A stretch of 64,000 nucleotides of DNA from Octopus sinensis. Its lineage: Eukaryota. The first letter of the stretch is position 1. The number at the start of each line of letters is the position of its first letter. Under the pieces are notes generated by a model that had not been told where the DNA came from, made no database searches, and was given only the letters and a program-made list of their open reading frames with translations. This document shows positions 38,049-50,782 of this stretch, piece by piece. A program made the translations under genes and the position numbers. Location of the stretch: NCBI RefSeq assembly GCF_006345805.1, contig NC_043005.1, forward strand, positions 87,482,001-87,546,000, written 5' to 3'.

Positions 38049-38344
38049 GATGATTAAAAACCAAAAACATATATAAATGAAGATACATACATGCATATAC
38101 ACAATTAAAAACGTATGTATCTAATGGGACATTTACTTAAAATATATAAAAACATATGCACATACACATATATGTATCTATACACACACACACACACCAC
38201 ACACATATATTTATATATATTTATACATACACACATACACACATACACACACACATGTATATATATTCAGAGACAACCTTAACGTACGTACAGAACTATA
38301 CATAAGTGTGTGTGTATATATATACGCATATCAGTATATATATA

Positions 38345-38377
<33 letters not shown>

Positions 38378-38583
38378 ACATATATATATATCTATATATA
38401 TGTATATATATAGTGCCTCTGTATATATACATATGTGTCTATTTATCTATATATATATACATATATATGTCTAAATGTATATGCATATATATATATATAT
38501 ATATATTCATATATATGTATATATACACATACATATATACATCTATAAGTATATATACATACATATATATATATATATACATA

Positions 38584-38635
<52 letters not shown>

Positions 38636-38648
38636 ATATATATATATG

Positions 38649-38691
<43 letters not shown>

Positions 38692-38733
38692 TATATACAT
38701 ATATATATATATATTATATATATATATATACAC

Positions 38734-38791
<58 letters not shown>

Positions 38792-39039
38792 GTATATATG
38801 GATGTGTGCCTGTGACTATTTATGCATATGTTTACACAGAGTGCGTGGAGGCAGCTTTATTGACATATCATCGATATTTACTTTATCATACGAAAGACAT
38901 TTGAAGTAAAATGAAAAAGAAAATCTTCTTTAAAAAAAACCCGAGAACCTATCCACTCCTCGGCTTTTGCCTAAAGCAGATTTTTCAACAGAAACATTTC
39001 TTTATTCTCTTTACGTCCTATAACACAGACACAGACACA

Positions 39040-39074
<35 letters not shown>

Positions 39075-39229
39075 CCACACACACAGACACACATGTGGAT
39101 GGATGCTGCTTTTTACGAATACCTACCTCCGTACACATACAGATTCAGTCGTGTCGTACCTCTTCACTATTGTATAAGTTCAATATTCGTGTTCTGATAG
39201 AAAATGTCTTTCAGTATTGACATGAAAGA

Positions 39230-39545
39230 TGATGAATAACGATTATTAAATCAGTGTCTATATTCTTTAGAAAATTCCATGGATCTACGTCGTGGATAAC
39301 GATGATTATTCCAGTTGTTAGTAGTGTTTAGCTCGGTAAAAACACACGCACATACTATTGTGAAATTGGTTGTTTTTGTTAAGATTTTTCTATCTTTCGT
39401 GTTACTCGAGTAAAGACGCCGAGATAATGAGTCTGTTAAATGTGTCTGGGGTTTACAGATGCGATCCAAATATCGCTTTCCAATAGTTTATTAAACTTTT
39501 GCTTCGGCCCTACTGCGACGGATTAAGGACCTCATGGTTGCGAAT
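39230..39545 (-). mobile_element. Probable Penelope-like terminal relic with degenerate hammerhead
   Basis: TDSLSRRL...KILTK-type endonuclease tail; CCAUGA-GGUCCU/AGGGCC-GAAG at 39537-39502. Confidence 0.4.
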
Positions 39546-39629
39546 TAATTAGTACCAACTATATGCTTTGTCTTTTACTTATTTTAGTCATTAGACTGCA
39601 GCCAAGAATTTAAATCCGAAAACTTTTGG

Positions 39630-40500
39630 AATTTAAATTAATACAAATTAATATAAACCCTAAAGTTAAATTTACAATGCAGCGTAACAAAGAACAGCTC
39701 CCTTTCTTGGATATTATGACGAAAAAAGCCGACAACCAAATTGTAACTGACATTTATCTTAAACCAACGGACTCGAAGCAATATCTCCTGTTTAGCTCAT
39801 GCCGCCCGAAACACATCAAAAGAAATATCCCCTTTAAAAGTGATTTGCAGAACAGTGTATAATGAAAATACACGGGACCTTCGTCTTCAAAACTCCAGAA
39901 CAGCACTAACTGAAAGGAAATATCCACCCTCACTTATAGACAATAGAAATAAACGTTGTAAGAAACGGTAACAAAACGTAACACCACACCTCATCTCAAA
40001 ACTCTACCGTATATATCAACTCACAAACCTAGAAACAATGAGGCATACAGTACTAGTTTACAAACTCTACCTATGCTGAAAAGATTTCTAACCAATATGA
40101 AGCTTTACACAATAACTACGAAACCAACGGTTAAAAATGTGGACACCCAAACTGCGGAACACGCCCCAACCTAATGGAAGGCTCGGAATTCCTATTCAAA
40201 CAAGGAGATAAGTTCACAATCAAAACCAAATTCAATTGTGCTTCCGAATATCTAATTTATGTTGTAATTTGTTCAGGTTGTGGACGTAACGATATAGGAC
40301 AGACAAGTATGGTACTTAGACGAGGAACCACACTACATAATGTTCACGCAATACACACAGATTCCTTTCAGTCAACACATAGAGATGTGCAGGTAATATC
40401 CAACGAAACTGCACAGTTTTCCCCGTCTACCAGTGCAAAGAAACAATTTCTGTACAAGAACGTTTAAATAAAGAAATTTGTTCATTGAACAATACAGAAC
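39630..40500 (+). mobile_element. Penelope-like element relic (RT C-terminus plus GIY-YIG endonuclease)
   Basis: KFTM...QLPFLDI...TDIYLKPTDSKQYLLFSSCRPKH and FNCASEYLIYVVICSGCGRNDIGQT motifs. Confidence 0.9.
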
Positions 40501-40804
40501 ACGTCTAAATATGAATGCATATCCAACTTTGGTCTCAGTATATATTTTAATTCACGATCACATAACCATCACTGTACATATTTTATCTCACTACTTTAGG
40601 TTTTGAGTTTTCGTATATGCATTTATCCCAACCTGAAATCTGAGCAATTATTCCCCCTGTCCCCAATGAAAATAAACCCTAATTACCTCTCCTTAGATTT
40701 TTCTACTTGTTGAATCATTCATTCACAAACTTCTCCACACACATCATGAACTAAAATCTTCTTAGGAAAATACGAACTTACAATAATTTCAATGTCAGTA
40801 TTAG

Positions 40805-41285
40805 CGAAAGCGACAGGATGAAAGACAAAGACGACATCGGCGGAATTTTAATTTGAACTCAAAATTTAAAGCCAGCCGAAACGCTGCTAATCATGTTGTC
40901 AGGCGTGATAACGGATCTTTTTTTTACTACTCTGAGCACAAGGCCTGAAATTTTGGGGGAGAGGGGTCAGTCGATTAGACCTACCCCAGTACACAACTGG
41001 TACCCGAATGGATGAAAGGCAAAGTCGACCTCGGAGGAATTTGAATTCAGAACGTAAAGACAGACGAAATATCCTTTTCTACTCTAGGCACAAGGCTCGG
41101 AATTTTGGGGGAGGGGCTAGTCGATTAGATTGACACCAGTTCGCAACTGGTACCTAATTATCGATACCGAAAGGATGAAAGGTAAAGTCGACCTCGGCGG
41201 AATATGAAATCACAATGTAAAGACAGGCGAAATAGCATTAAGCATCTCGCCCCGCGTGCTAACGTTTCTGCAAGCTCGCCGCTTT
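40805..41285 (-). mobile_element. Three tandem partial OR1-like SINE copies
   Basis: gatgaaagg(c/t)aaagtcgacctcgg blocks and cacaagg...aattttgggg tails repeated. Confidence 0.85.
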
Positions 41286-43424
41286 ATACTTAAAGCCACA
41301 TATTATGATGAAAATATTTTCCCTTATTCTGGTTTAATTTGTGTTTAATCCTTGAGATTCTTGGAGAAATTTTCAAACAGAATATATGCAGAAAGCCCTA
41401 CATTGTTTCTTTTAATAAACCTATATTTGGATTTTGTTTGAATACTGTTAAATAATCAATACCCTGGATCCTACAACTGCAATGTATTGATATCGTGTCT
41501 AGTTTAATTCTAGTGATAATGTAATTTAATATCTAGTTAGAAACTGACCCTAATTCACATTTAATGTTGTTCAATTGTTCGCAATTAAGCTTGCTTGTGA
41601 AGTTTCCTTGTGAACTCTGGATGTTTAATACATCTTACACTCATTGATGCTTTCAATAGGATCATCTATTTGGAACTATTTGCGTTAATATTTCGCCTAA
41701 TCATTTATTAGCTTTTATTTTCTAGTTCTAATTTTCTTGTACAACGTCGTGGTCTTCTCTCATAATAATGCAGCGTAGATATTTCTATCACCGTCTTAAT
41801 TTACTGAGTTGTGTTGACCAGCAGAAATAGAATTCTATGTCCTTATTTAATTCCCAAATCTCTTACTCTGAACGTTTAATTTTACTTAATACATTTTTAA
41901 TTCAATTCTGCTTAAACTTCAAGTTTTTGATGTTTAAGGCAGAACTGAAAACCGAACACATTTGTCAATGAGTTGGGTATGAATATATTGAAGTTGAAAT
42001 GCTATTATATTCTTCTTTCAACCGTTTTGTAAAAGTTGCTTGATCAAAGTTTCTGTTGGTAGAATTAGGCTGTTTCTCACCTTGGTTGAAATTGCACAAT
42101 CCGATTGCGTAATGTTTCCCCATTATTTAGTGTATTATCCTTTAGACTATTAAGTCATCTATCGACTTGAAAGCATTTTAGTGTTAATTATAAGCAACGA
42201 GCAACTATGCCCTCGCTTTCCTCTAAAATTTTGGTTAGATCAATAAATATACCCCTGAAAAGCCTCAGCGCCAAAACGAACGAGTGTAGAAATATCTTGG
42301 GACTGATTTGAAACTTTAATTTTCCATTATTGGATTAATCGGATTTGATTGATTTAGAAATATAATAAAATTTATATAATAAAAATTATCATTGTTCCAG
42401 GGTTTCATTTGGGCTCTCATGCCTTAAGTAAATTTTTTTCTCCTGCACTTAGTCATGTCGATAACCACTAGACTGAATTTAATCTATAAGTATATAAGTT
42501 TAACGATATCATTGCTTCAATCGACCATAATGGAAAAAAAAACTATTGAAATATCGAACAATTTTACCCAATAGCGAATGGGCGCACCCTAGTTTCTGTA
42601 TGATAAGCTTACGTCCAGCTAACATAACGGATAAATAAATATATGTAATAGGTGACCAGAAATTCACAGCTGATCATTCGGGGCAATTTCATACCTCCAT
42701 GAGTCACCCATATTTTGAAGTTAGTCTTATATCGTACGCCATGTGTAACGAAGACTAAACGGTTCGCCGGGATGAGTTCCATCTTTTCAAGATTTCCCCT
42801 CTACTTAAAAGAACCAACCCTCAACAGATCTGTAAATGAATCTCGATAGAAGTTGCAGATTTAGTCTACGGAACATTTAACTCGGCAATATTTCAAAATT
42901 CCTTATGTATTAATTATTTAAATACATGTACCCTGCCGAAGTCTCTTTCTTTTCATTGTTTCTCTTTCCTAAATTTAACGCATTTCATTATTACATTTTT
43001 ATTCATGTGTATTTTATGGAAGCCCTATATTTACTAACGATTGTATAAAGTACGTTGCAACCCGAAAAAGTAAGTAGCAAAGTGAAAGCTATGTCCAAGT
43101 GCGTGTGAAACTATTTATATTGGTACGTATGACATTTAAGCCTTTTAGTCATACTCTCCTGTGAATAGGAAACTAAATGAGAACATTAAATAAGCTATAT
43201 CACATTGTCTCAGTGTCCTATTTATAGGACACCGACTATTTCCATTTCTACTTGAAGTAAAGGAGTTTTAATAATTATCCTTTTTTTCATTTTAACCTCT
43301 TTTCAATCATCCTTAAAAATTTCAAAGTAATATTCAGAAATTTAAGTACTCTGGACTTAATGTGTTAAGTATGTGTGTATAGAGAGATATGTTCTACACA
43401 TTATACAAACATCATAAGGGCAGG

Positions 43425-43620
43425 CGTGGCTTTGTAGTAAGAAGTTTGCTTCCCAGCCACATTGTTCCCGGTTCAGTTCCACTGAATGGCACCATGGGCA
43501 AGTGTGTTTTACTTCTGCCTCAACAGCAAAAGCCTCATGAGTGGAACTGGTAGACGGACTCTGAGAGAATCGCGTCATATATATATATAGGAATTGGTAG
43601 ATGGAAACTGAAAGAATCCT
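43425..43620 (+). mobile_element. OR2-like SINE 5' half
   Basis: ggcgtggctttgtagtaagaagtttgcttccc...accatgggcaagtgt. Confidence 0.8.
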
Positions 43621-43628
43621 GTCAAATT

Positions 43629-43960
43629 CGAGAGGGTACCCAAAAGAAACCGGAATTTTGCAATATCATTTTATTCACTTAATTTTACATATTTCTTTTT
43701 CCTTTAAAGTCTTCTTCATTTGAAGCAATATATATATCGGACCAGACGCGTTTTTCACTTTTCGAAGTAGTGCTGGAACTCTTGCGAAGTGATACTTTTT
43801 AACGCTTCTTTCTTTTCTTCAACCTCCTCCACATCTGCAAATTCCGTAGCGCCAGATTTCGTCACCAGTGAGGACCTTCGAAAAACAAGGGCCCGGATCA
43901 ACTTCCGATTCTTCTTTCAGTCCACGACATGCATTCAGTCATGACGCCTTTTGATCTTCC
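43629..43960 (-). mobile_element. Internally deleted mariner 3' part
   Basis: TIR cgagagggtacccaaaagaaaccgg; TGDEIW and C-terminal YIASNEEDF segments. Confidence 0.75.
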
Positions 43961-44094
43961 GTGAGAAGGGGAGACACAAATTTTGCTACAACTCTTTTCA
44001 TTCGCAATTTTTCGCTCAAAATTTGTTGGCAGGGGCTCCAGGACACACCAGTTATATCAACAAATTCATCATTGTTCGGTGTCAGTTATGTATG

Positions 44095-44202
<108 letters not shown>

Positions 44203-44214
44203 GTGTGTGTGTGG

Positions 44215-44788
44215 TGTATACATGTATATATATATATATGTATATATGTGTGCTGGTGTGCATGTTTGTATGTTCGCACATTTCTTTTTATGGAATTGTG
44301 TAATATTAATTTTCCAGTGAATAGGAATTTAATCAACCGGTAGTTGAAGTACGGAAGACGTTTTAGCCATGTGTTTGGCGAGCGAAAACACAGTATGGAA
44401 CATATTTCAAGATGCCAAGAAGACCAAATTAGTTACGTATTAATATATGAAGAATATATAGATGTAAAGCCTATCAAAAAATTCCCCTCGCATTCAGAAT
44501 AATTTTTCTATCTATCGCCTCGGCTTAATGGCCCTCACCGTTAGTTTGTACTGTTTTCTTCTCACTGTCCTGTTCTTGTTACCACTTTCACCCTCTGCAA
44601 AAAATTCCAAATTTTATTTAATTTGCTTTGTGGGAAGGACTGTTTCAAAGAAGTTGCGTCATGTCCTTGCCTTCAAAATTCGGAGAAGATTAAACAGGGA
44701 CAACTGAAGAAGGGGAATATTCTTTATGTTGTATAGCTCGTTTCTCATTGTGTTCAACGTTTTTTTTATGTCCTGTACCTATATATGC

Positions 44789-44833
<45 letters not shown>

Positions 44834-46141
44834 TATGTAGGTATGTACATGTATGTATGTAAATATATATTTATATATTATTTAAATTTTTATATGATCG
44901 AAGTTTTATCTATATATATGTATATATATATAGTGAGAGCGAGATAGATAGATAGATGTACACACACATACACATATGTATATATATGTATGTATGTATG
45001 TATGTATGCATGTATGTATGTATGTATGTATTTATGTATGTATGCATATATGTGTGTGTATGTATGTATATAATTATATATATATATATAAAATAACAGA
45101 AATGCGACTGTATATATGTATGTAAATATATATATGTATGTAAATATATATATGTGTGTGTGTGTGTGTGTGTTGTGTGTGTGTGTGTGGTGTGTGTGTG
45201 TGTGTGTGTGTGTGTATACATGTATATATATATATATATATATATGTGTGCTGGTGTGCATGTTTGTATGTTCGCACATTCTTTTTATGGAATTGTGTAA
45301 TATTAATTTTCCAGTGAATAGGAATTTAATCAACCGGTAGTTGAAGTACGGAAGACGTTTTAGCCATGTGTTTGGCGAGCGAAAACACAGTATGGAACAT
45401 ATTTCAAGATGCCAAGAAGACCAAATTAGTTACGTATTAATATATGAAGAATATATAGATGTAAAGCCTATATATAGATGTAAAGCCTATCAAAAAATTC
45501 CCCTCGCATTCAGAATAATTTTTCTATCTATCGCCTCGTTAGTTTGTACTGTTTTCTTCTCACTGTCCTGTTCTTGTTACCACTTTCACCCTCTGCAAAA
45601 AATTCCAAATTTTATTTAATTTGCTTTGTGGAAGGACTGTTTCAAAGAAGTTGCGTCATGTCCTTGCCTTCAAAATTCGGAGAAGATTAAACAGGACAAC
45701 TGAAGAAGGGGAATATTCTTTATGTTGTATAGCTCGTTTCTCATTGTGTTCAACGTTTTTTTTATGTCCTGTACCTATATATGCATGTTATATATATATA
45801 TATAATATATATATATATATATACATATATATGTAGGTATGTACATGTATGTATGTAAATATATATTTATATATTATTTAAATTTTTATATGATCGAAGT
45901 TTTATCTATATATATGTATATATATATAGTGAGAGCGAGATAGATAGATAGATGTACACACACATACACATATGTATATATGTATGTATGTATGTATGTA
46001 TGCATGTATGTATGTATGTATGTATTTATGTATGTATGTATGCATATATGTGTGTGTATGTATGTATATAATTATATATATATATATAAAATAACAGAAA
46101 TGCGACTGTATATATGTATGTAAATATATATATGTATGTAA

Positions 46142-46173
<32 letters not shown>

Positions 46174-46175
46174 TT
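44215..46175. repeat. Tandem duplication, period about 1.0 kb
   Basis: 44240-44940 is nearly identical to 45245-45940; junctions in (TG)n. Confidence 0.95.
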
Positions 46176-46769
46176 GTGTATAGGAAGAAAGTATGGTAGG
46201 AAGACGCAGATTTACAAAGCGACTGAAGAGAAGACAAACAGTGTACCGTATGTGTTTGTGTACATTTGTTTGTACCTGTGTATATGTTCTTAAGTGTTGT
46301 ATTTTATTAGGTGTATATATGTGTGCATCAGACTATATGCGTGTCTGAATATGCGGTAACCGTTATGATGTTTTTTTTTTTTATATTTGGAAAAAGAAAT
46401 CAATTGGCAATATAAGGCATCAATGCGTTGGTGTAGCAATTTAATAAAATATGTCAGGTAAATAAGATGGGAAATTGGTTAATGACAAGTTGATAGAATT
46501 GGTGGAGATTCGTATGATGAGGAGAATGAATGTGAAAGATATTCATATTCGGAAAGTCAGGTGTTTTGAAGTATACGAATAATAAAGAAGAAATATTCAG
46601 AAAATGTCCACTTGATAGAACGACAAGTAATGACAGAATATATATGGAATAAAAATAGGAAGAAATGAAAATTGAAAAAAAAACGTCCATGCAACATGTT
46701 AGCATGACTATTATAATGTGAATGTGCATACGTATATATATATATATATATATATCTATATATATATAT

Positions 46770-47360
46770 ATATTAATAATAAAATATTAGGGAATAAATC
46801 CAAACTTACAGGGAAAAATCAGATTTAGGATTAAATCCAATTTTATAGTATAAATATATTATATTATATTATATTAAATTAGAGGTAAAACCACTATTAG
46901 GCAAATCAAAAAGTGAAAAACATAAGCCAATACATAAAATTAATTGATTTATATTATTTTAAATATATGTCAAAAGTATTAAAAGTTTAAAAGATAAAGA
47001 AACACTCTTTTTTAAAGAAACACTCGTTATCACTATGGACTCTGTGTGGGCAGTCATCAAAAAGTTTTTGTTCGTCATGATGCTGACATAATTCCTTGTC
47101 TTTCCTGATGAGAAGGCGGCATAATGCACCCTTTATTCCTTCGGAATTAGGAATATGCAGTCTTCGAAACATATGTCGAGAATAAAGGAATTTTGTTAAA
47201 TCGTCGTTCAATTCCATTCTTTCATTTATTTATAGTAAAAAAAAACACAAATTTCCACACGAAAGCACGTTATCTCTGCCCTTAGCATGTAGCTTCAACC
47301 GTGTTTTCTGACGTGAATTTGCTACCCGGGTATCGGTTAACCGAATTATCCATACTAGGA
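46770..47360. repeat. Interspersed repeat, possibly Penelope-derived
   Basis: 46770-46850 is homologous (inverted) to 60720-60800 (atttttccctgtaagtt); short protein-like minus ORF 46987-47217 not firmly assignable. Confidence 0.35.
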
Positions 47361-47411
47361 TAATTCATTCAACTACTTATATATATATATATACATACAT
47401 ACATACATACA

Positions 47412-47442
<31 letters not shown>

Positions 47443-47556
47443 GTATATATAATATTTTGTATATGTTATATATACATATATGTATCATAATATATTTATG
47501 TATATATGCATATATGTATACATGTATTATAATATATGTATGTATATATATACATG

Positions 47557-47591
<35 letters not shown>

Positions 47592-48104
47592 CGAGAGAGA
47601 GGGATTTATAATATATTCATGCATATACGAGTGATTTTGCATGTTCTGTGTGTGTGTGTTGTTGTGTGTATGTGTGTGCTTAAGTAAATGACACGGGAAT
47701 AAAAAAATTTTGCCATGCACTTCATTAGATCATTGCTGCATCTGCTAGAAGAAGAAATGCACCCATTGTTGAGCGTTTGTGTATTACCGTACAACATCAC
47801 CGGAGCTTCAAGGTTGAAGTGACTAGTTTTCTTGGAAACCGTTTACAATAAGAGACATTCAACATCTTTGGCCGATTTTCTATGCGAGTGTACACGCACC
47901 ATGCAGCTTACACGAGCGCGTTTATACATTCATATTCATTGACGGTTATTTTTAATACTTTTATCACTGTATTGCATGTTGGTTTCTTTTTTGCATCTGC
48001 GATTTTATTTTGGATGAAGATATTTCCTTCGTTTTGATGCTTTTCGTTCTACGAAACCAGAAGATATATTGCGGAACTGTTAGTTTAACGAGTTGTATTT
48101 ATTT

Positions 48105-48210
48105 ATCATCCGATGAGACACATCTACACCACCGGACGCACCTGAATAAGTTTTTAAATGTCCCACCCGTGAGGGATCGATGGTAGATGTGTCGAAACAA
48201 TTCTCGTGAT
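48105..48210 (+). ncRNA. Type I hammerhead variant (CCGAUGA core), same family as 34588-34691
   Basis: Stem I AUCAU/GUGAU, perfect 11-bp stem II GACACAUCUAC/GUAGAUGUGUC, GAAA, CUC triplet. Confidence 0.7.
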
Positions 48211-48255
48211 TAATAACAAAATTCTCGTATATTCCATCTTCTGTCTTTGATTTTA

Positions 48256-48353
<98 letters not shown>

Positions 48354-48855
48354 CATGGAAATGCGAGCAAGAGAAATAATATACTTAAGATTTTTAATAT
48401 AGACAATTAGAGGTAAAGTTATTACGCTTGGAAAAGTTCATCACAGCTTATTACATTTGGTAAAGTACAGGACAGTCAATATTTTTCTTAACATATTGCA
48501 GCTAAGGATAAAATTAAAAATCAAATATTTAGATTTAGAAAACATTAGCTTTTATTAAAACTAAAAATTTTATTACAAGTTAGTACTTCCATTTGTTGTT
48601 ATTCGTTGCTTCTAATTAATAATTAGAATTTTAAAAATACGTTATAAAAAATAATAATAGTAATCGGTTAGTACAATAAATTAAGCAATACAAAAATTAG
48701 TAACGTATTACAGCAAAATCTTTCTATAACAACAAATTCACAGTAAAATTTGCTTGAGTTATTGCCTAAGTTATTGCCAAGTCTTCACATATTTAGTCTT
48801 GACCCAATTCCTAATTTTTACTCTGTACATCTGTGAGTACACATTTATCATTCTT

Positions 48856-48947
48856 AAACTAGAATATTATTGATAGTGACTTCGAAGTTCCCAGCAATGA
48901 CTTAGCTGGCCGAAACCTCGAAGTCACTCTCAATAATGTTCTAGTTT
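48856..48947. repeat. Fold-back element, 34-bp inverted arms
   Basis: Arms 48856-48889 and 48914-48947, 31/34 complementary; inner hairpin ccagc/gctgg. Confidence 0.85.
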
Positions 48948-49009
48948 TGTATTTTGTCCTGTACTTGATATATTTTATATACATTTATATACACACACAC
49001 GCACTATAT

Positions 49010-49545
49010 ACATAGGATTTAAAACCAAAAGTCTTACCATACAAATCCACACACAATCCTCTTAACGGTGAAGTCTTCGACACCATCCTCCAAAACATTC
49101 CCCTACTAAAAAGGGACCGCAGAATGAACTTAATCCTCCAAACACACAGCATCATAAAAAGCAAGAGACAGCCCAAATCTATGAAAAGTGTCCTAACGCA
49201 AGCCCGAATACGCTCAACAACACAGAAGCCGTCAGTAAAAAGATGCAGAAGATCCAAATTTAATTGAGGGATGAGAATTCTACATCAAACAGGGACAACG
49301 TCTCACAGCGAAAAGCAGCTTCACATGTGCTTCAGAGAACCTGCACAGATCCCAGGTCAAAATTCCCCAAAACAGAAAAATAGAATTCAGCCAACACATC
49401 GACATTTGCACCAATAACAAAAATCCAAGCTTCTGAATTTTTTCTCTCTAACAATTCAGGGACGACACAACCTGTAGCCAACGAATTAGTAAAGATACTC
49501 TCTTTATTACAAAATACAGGGCCCCTTTAAACGCATATACAACAA
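49010..49545 (+). mobile_element. Penelope-like element relic (linker plus endonuclease start)
   Basis: LPYKSTHNP...ILQNIPLL...IIKSKRQPKSMKSVLTQAR...KSSFTCASENL; same type of region as 40000-40260. Confidence 0.8.
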
Positions 49546-50099
49546 ACGACACATCCACCACAGCCTTAGAATAACAAACACGCGCAAATATTAAAAATGA
49601 TACGCTCAAGAGATTACCAAGAAACAGTCCCAATCACTGATATTATCTACAACGAGTCACTTTTAAGTCACTTGACCATTTAACATCCTACTACTATCAT
49701 ACCACATGCATTTCCATATTATTCTCTCCCCTTTTTATCCTTCTTCTTCTTCGTTTTCTTCCTCTCCGCCACCTCTTTATTAACTTTACCATCTACGCAA
49801 ATATAAACAATACATTCAAAAGAGATGTCTCAAGAATTCAATCACTACCACCATCCACAACGGCTCACTTTCAGGGCACTTGAGCATTTAACATCATACT
49901 ACTATCATGACACTCCCGCATTCTTCTTCTTCTCCTTCTACTTCTTCCCCTCCTCCTCTTTCTTCTTCTTCTTCTTTTCTGCCAAGAATTCACAACGAAT
50001 AGTACTCACAAATGTAAACAAGAGAGACAGAGACAGGCGGAAACAAGGAAAATACCCCTTGTATATGAATACTATGCAAATATTCTTTTAAAAAACTTT

Positions 50100-50218
50100 T
50101 CTTTTAATTTTTCCAAAATTTGCTTTCCATACTTACAGTTGAAAAAGTCTCAATGACAGAAACCGGTACTGAAATGTTTCTCATAAAATTATTTTAGCAT
50201 TTTCTACCTTGACTTTTT

Positions 50219-50222
<4 letters not shown>
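50100..50222 (+). repeat. Unnamed repeat of about 130 bp ending against (TA)n; other copies at 53405-53452 (+) and 54362-54505 (-)
   Basis: Shared aaaagtctcaatgac...accggtact...ataaaattat.ttagcat.tt...ttgactt.ttt. Confidence 0.75.
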
Positions 50223-50275
<53 letters not shown>

Positions 50276-50335
50276 CATATATGTATATATATATATAATA
50301 TATATATATATTATATATATATATATTATATATAT

Positions 50336-50410
<75 letters not shown>

Positions 50411-50744
50411 AGATAGATAGATGGATAGATGGATGGATGGATGGATGGATGGATGGATGGATGGATGGATGGATGGATGGCGAAAGACAGAGATAGGGAA
50501 AGATTTAGAAAGAGAGGAGGTACAGAGAAGAGGAGGTAGAGGGTGGAGTGGGTAGAGAGAGGAGGTTGTAGAGAGAGGAGGAGGTAGAAAGGTAGATATA
50601 AGCGTTAAAGTAAGTTTTAATATCTTAAAAAAGAGATTTCACTATAAATGTTGACTTACAGTCGGAGGTGGGAATCTTAAGTTTCCTTAAAAGCGCATCC
50701 TTACCTTTTGGAATATATATGTGTGCGTGCGTGTGTGTGTGTGT

Positions 50745-50782
<38 letters not shown>

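Noticed and set aside
47098-47172. CTGATGA-GAAGG...CCTTC-GGAA
   Set aside because: GGAA instead of GAAA, no usable stem III, and it lies in a probable coding relic; likely chance
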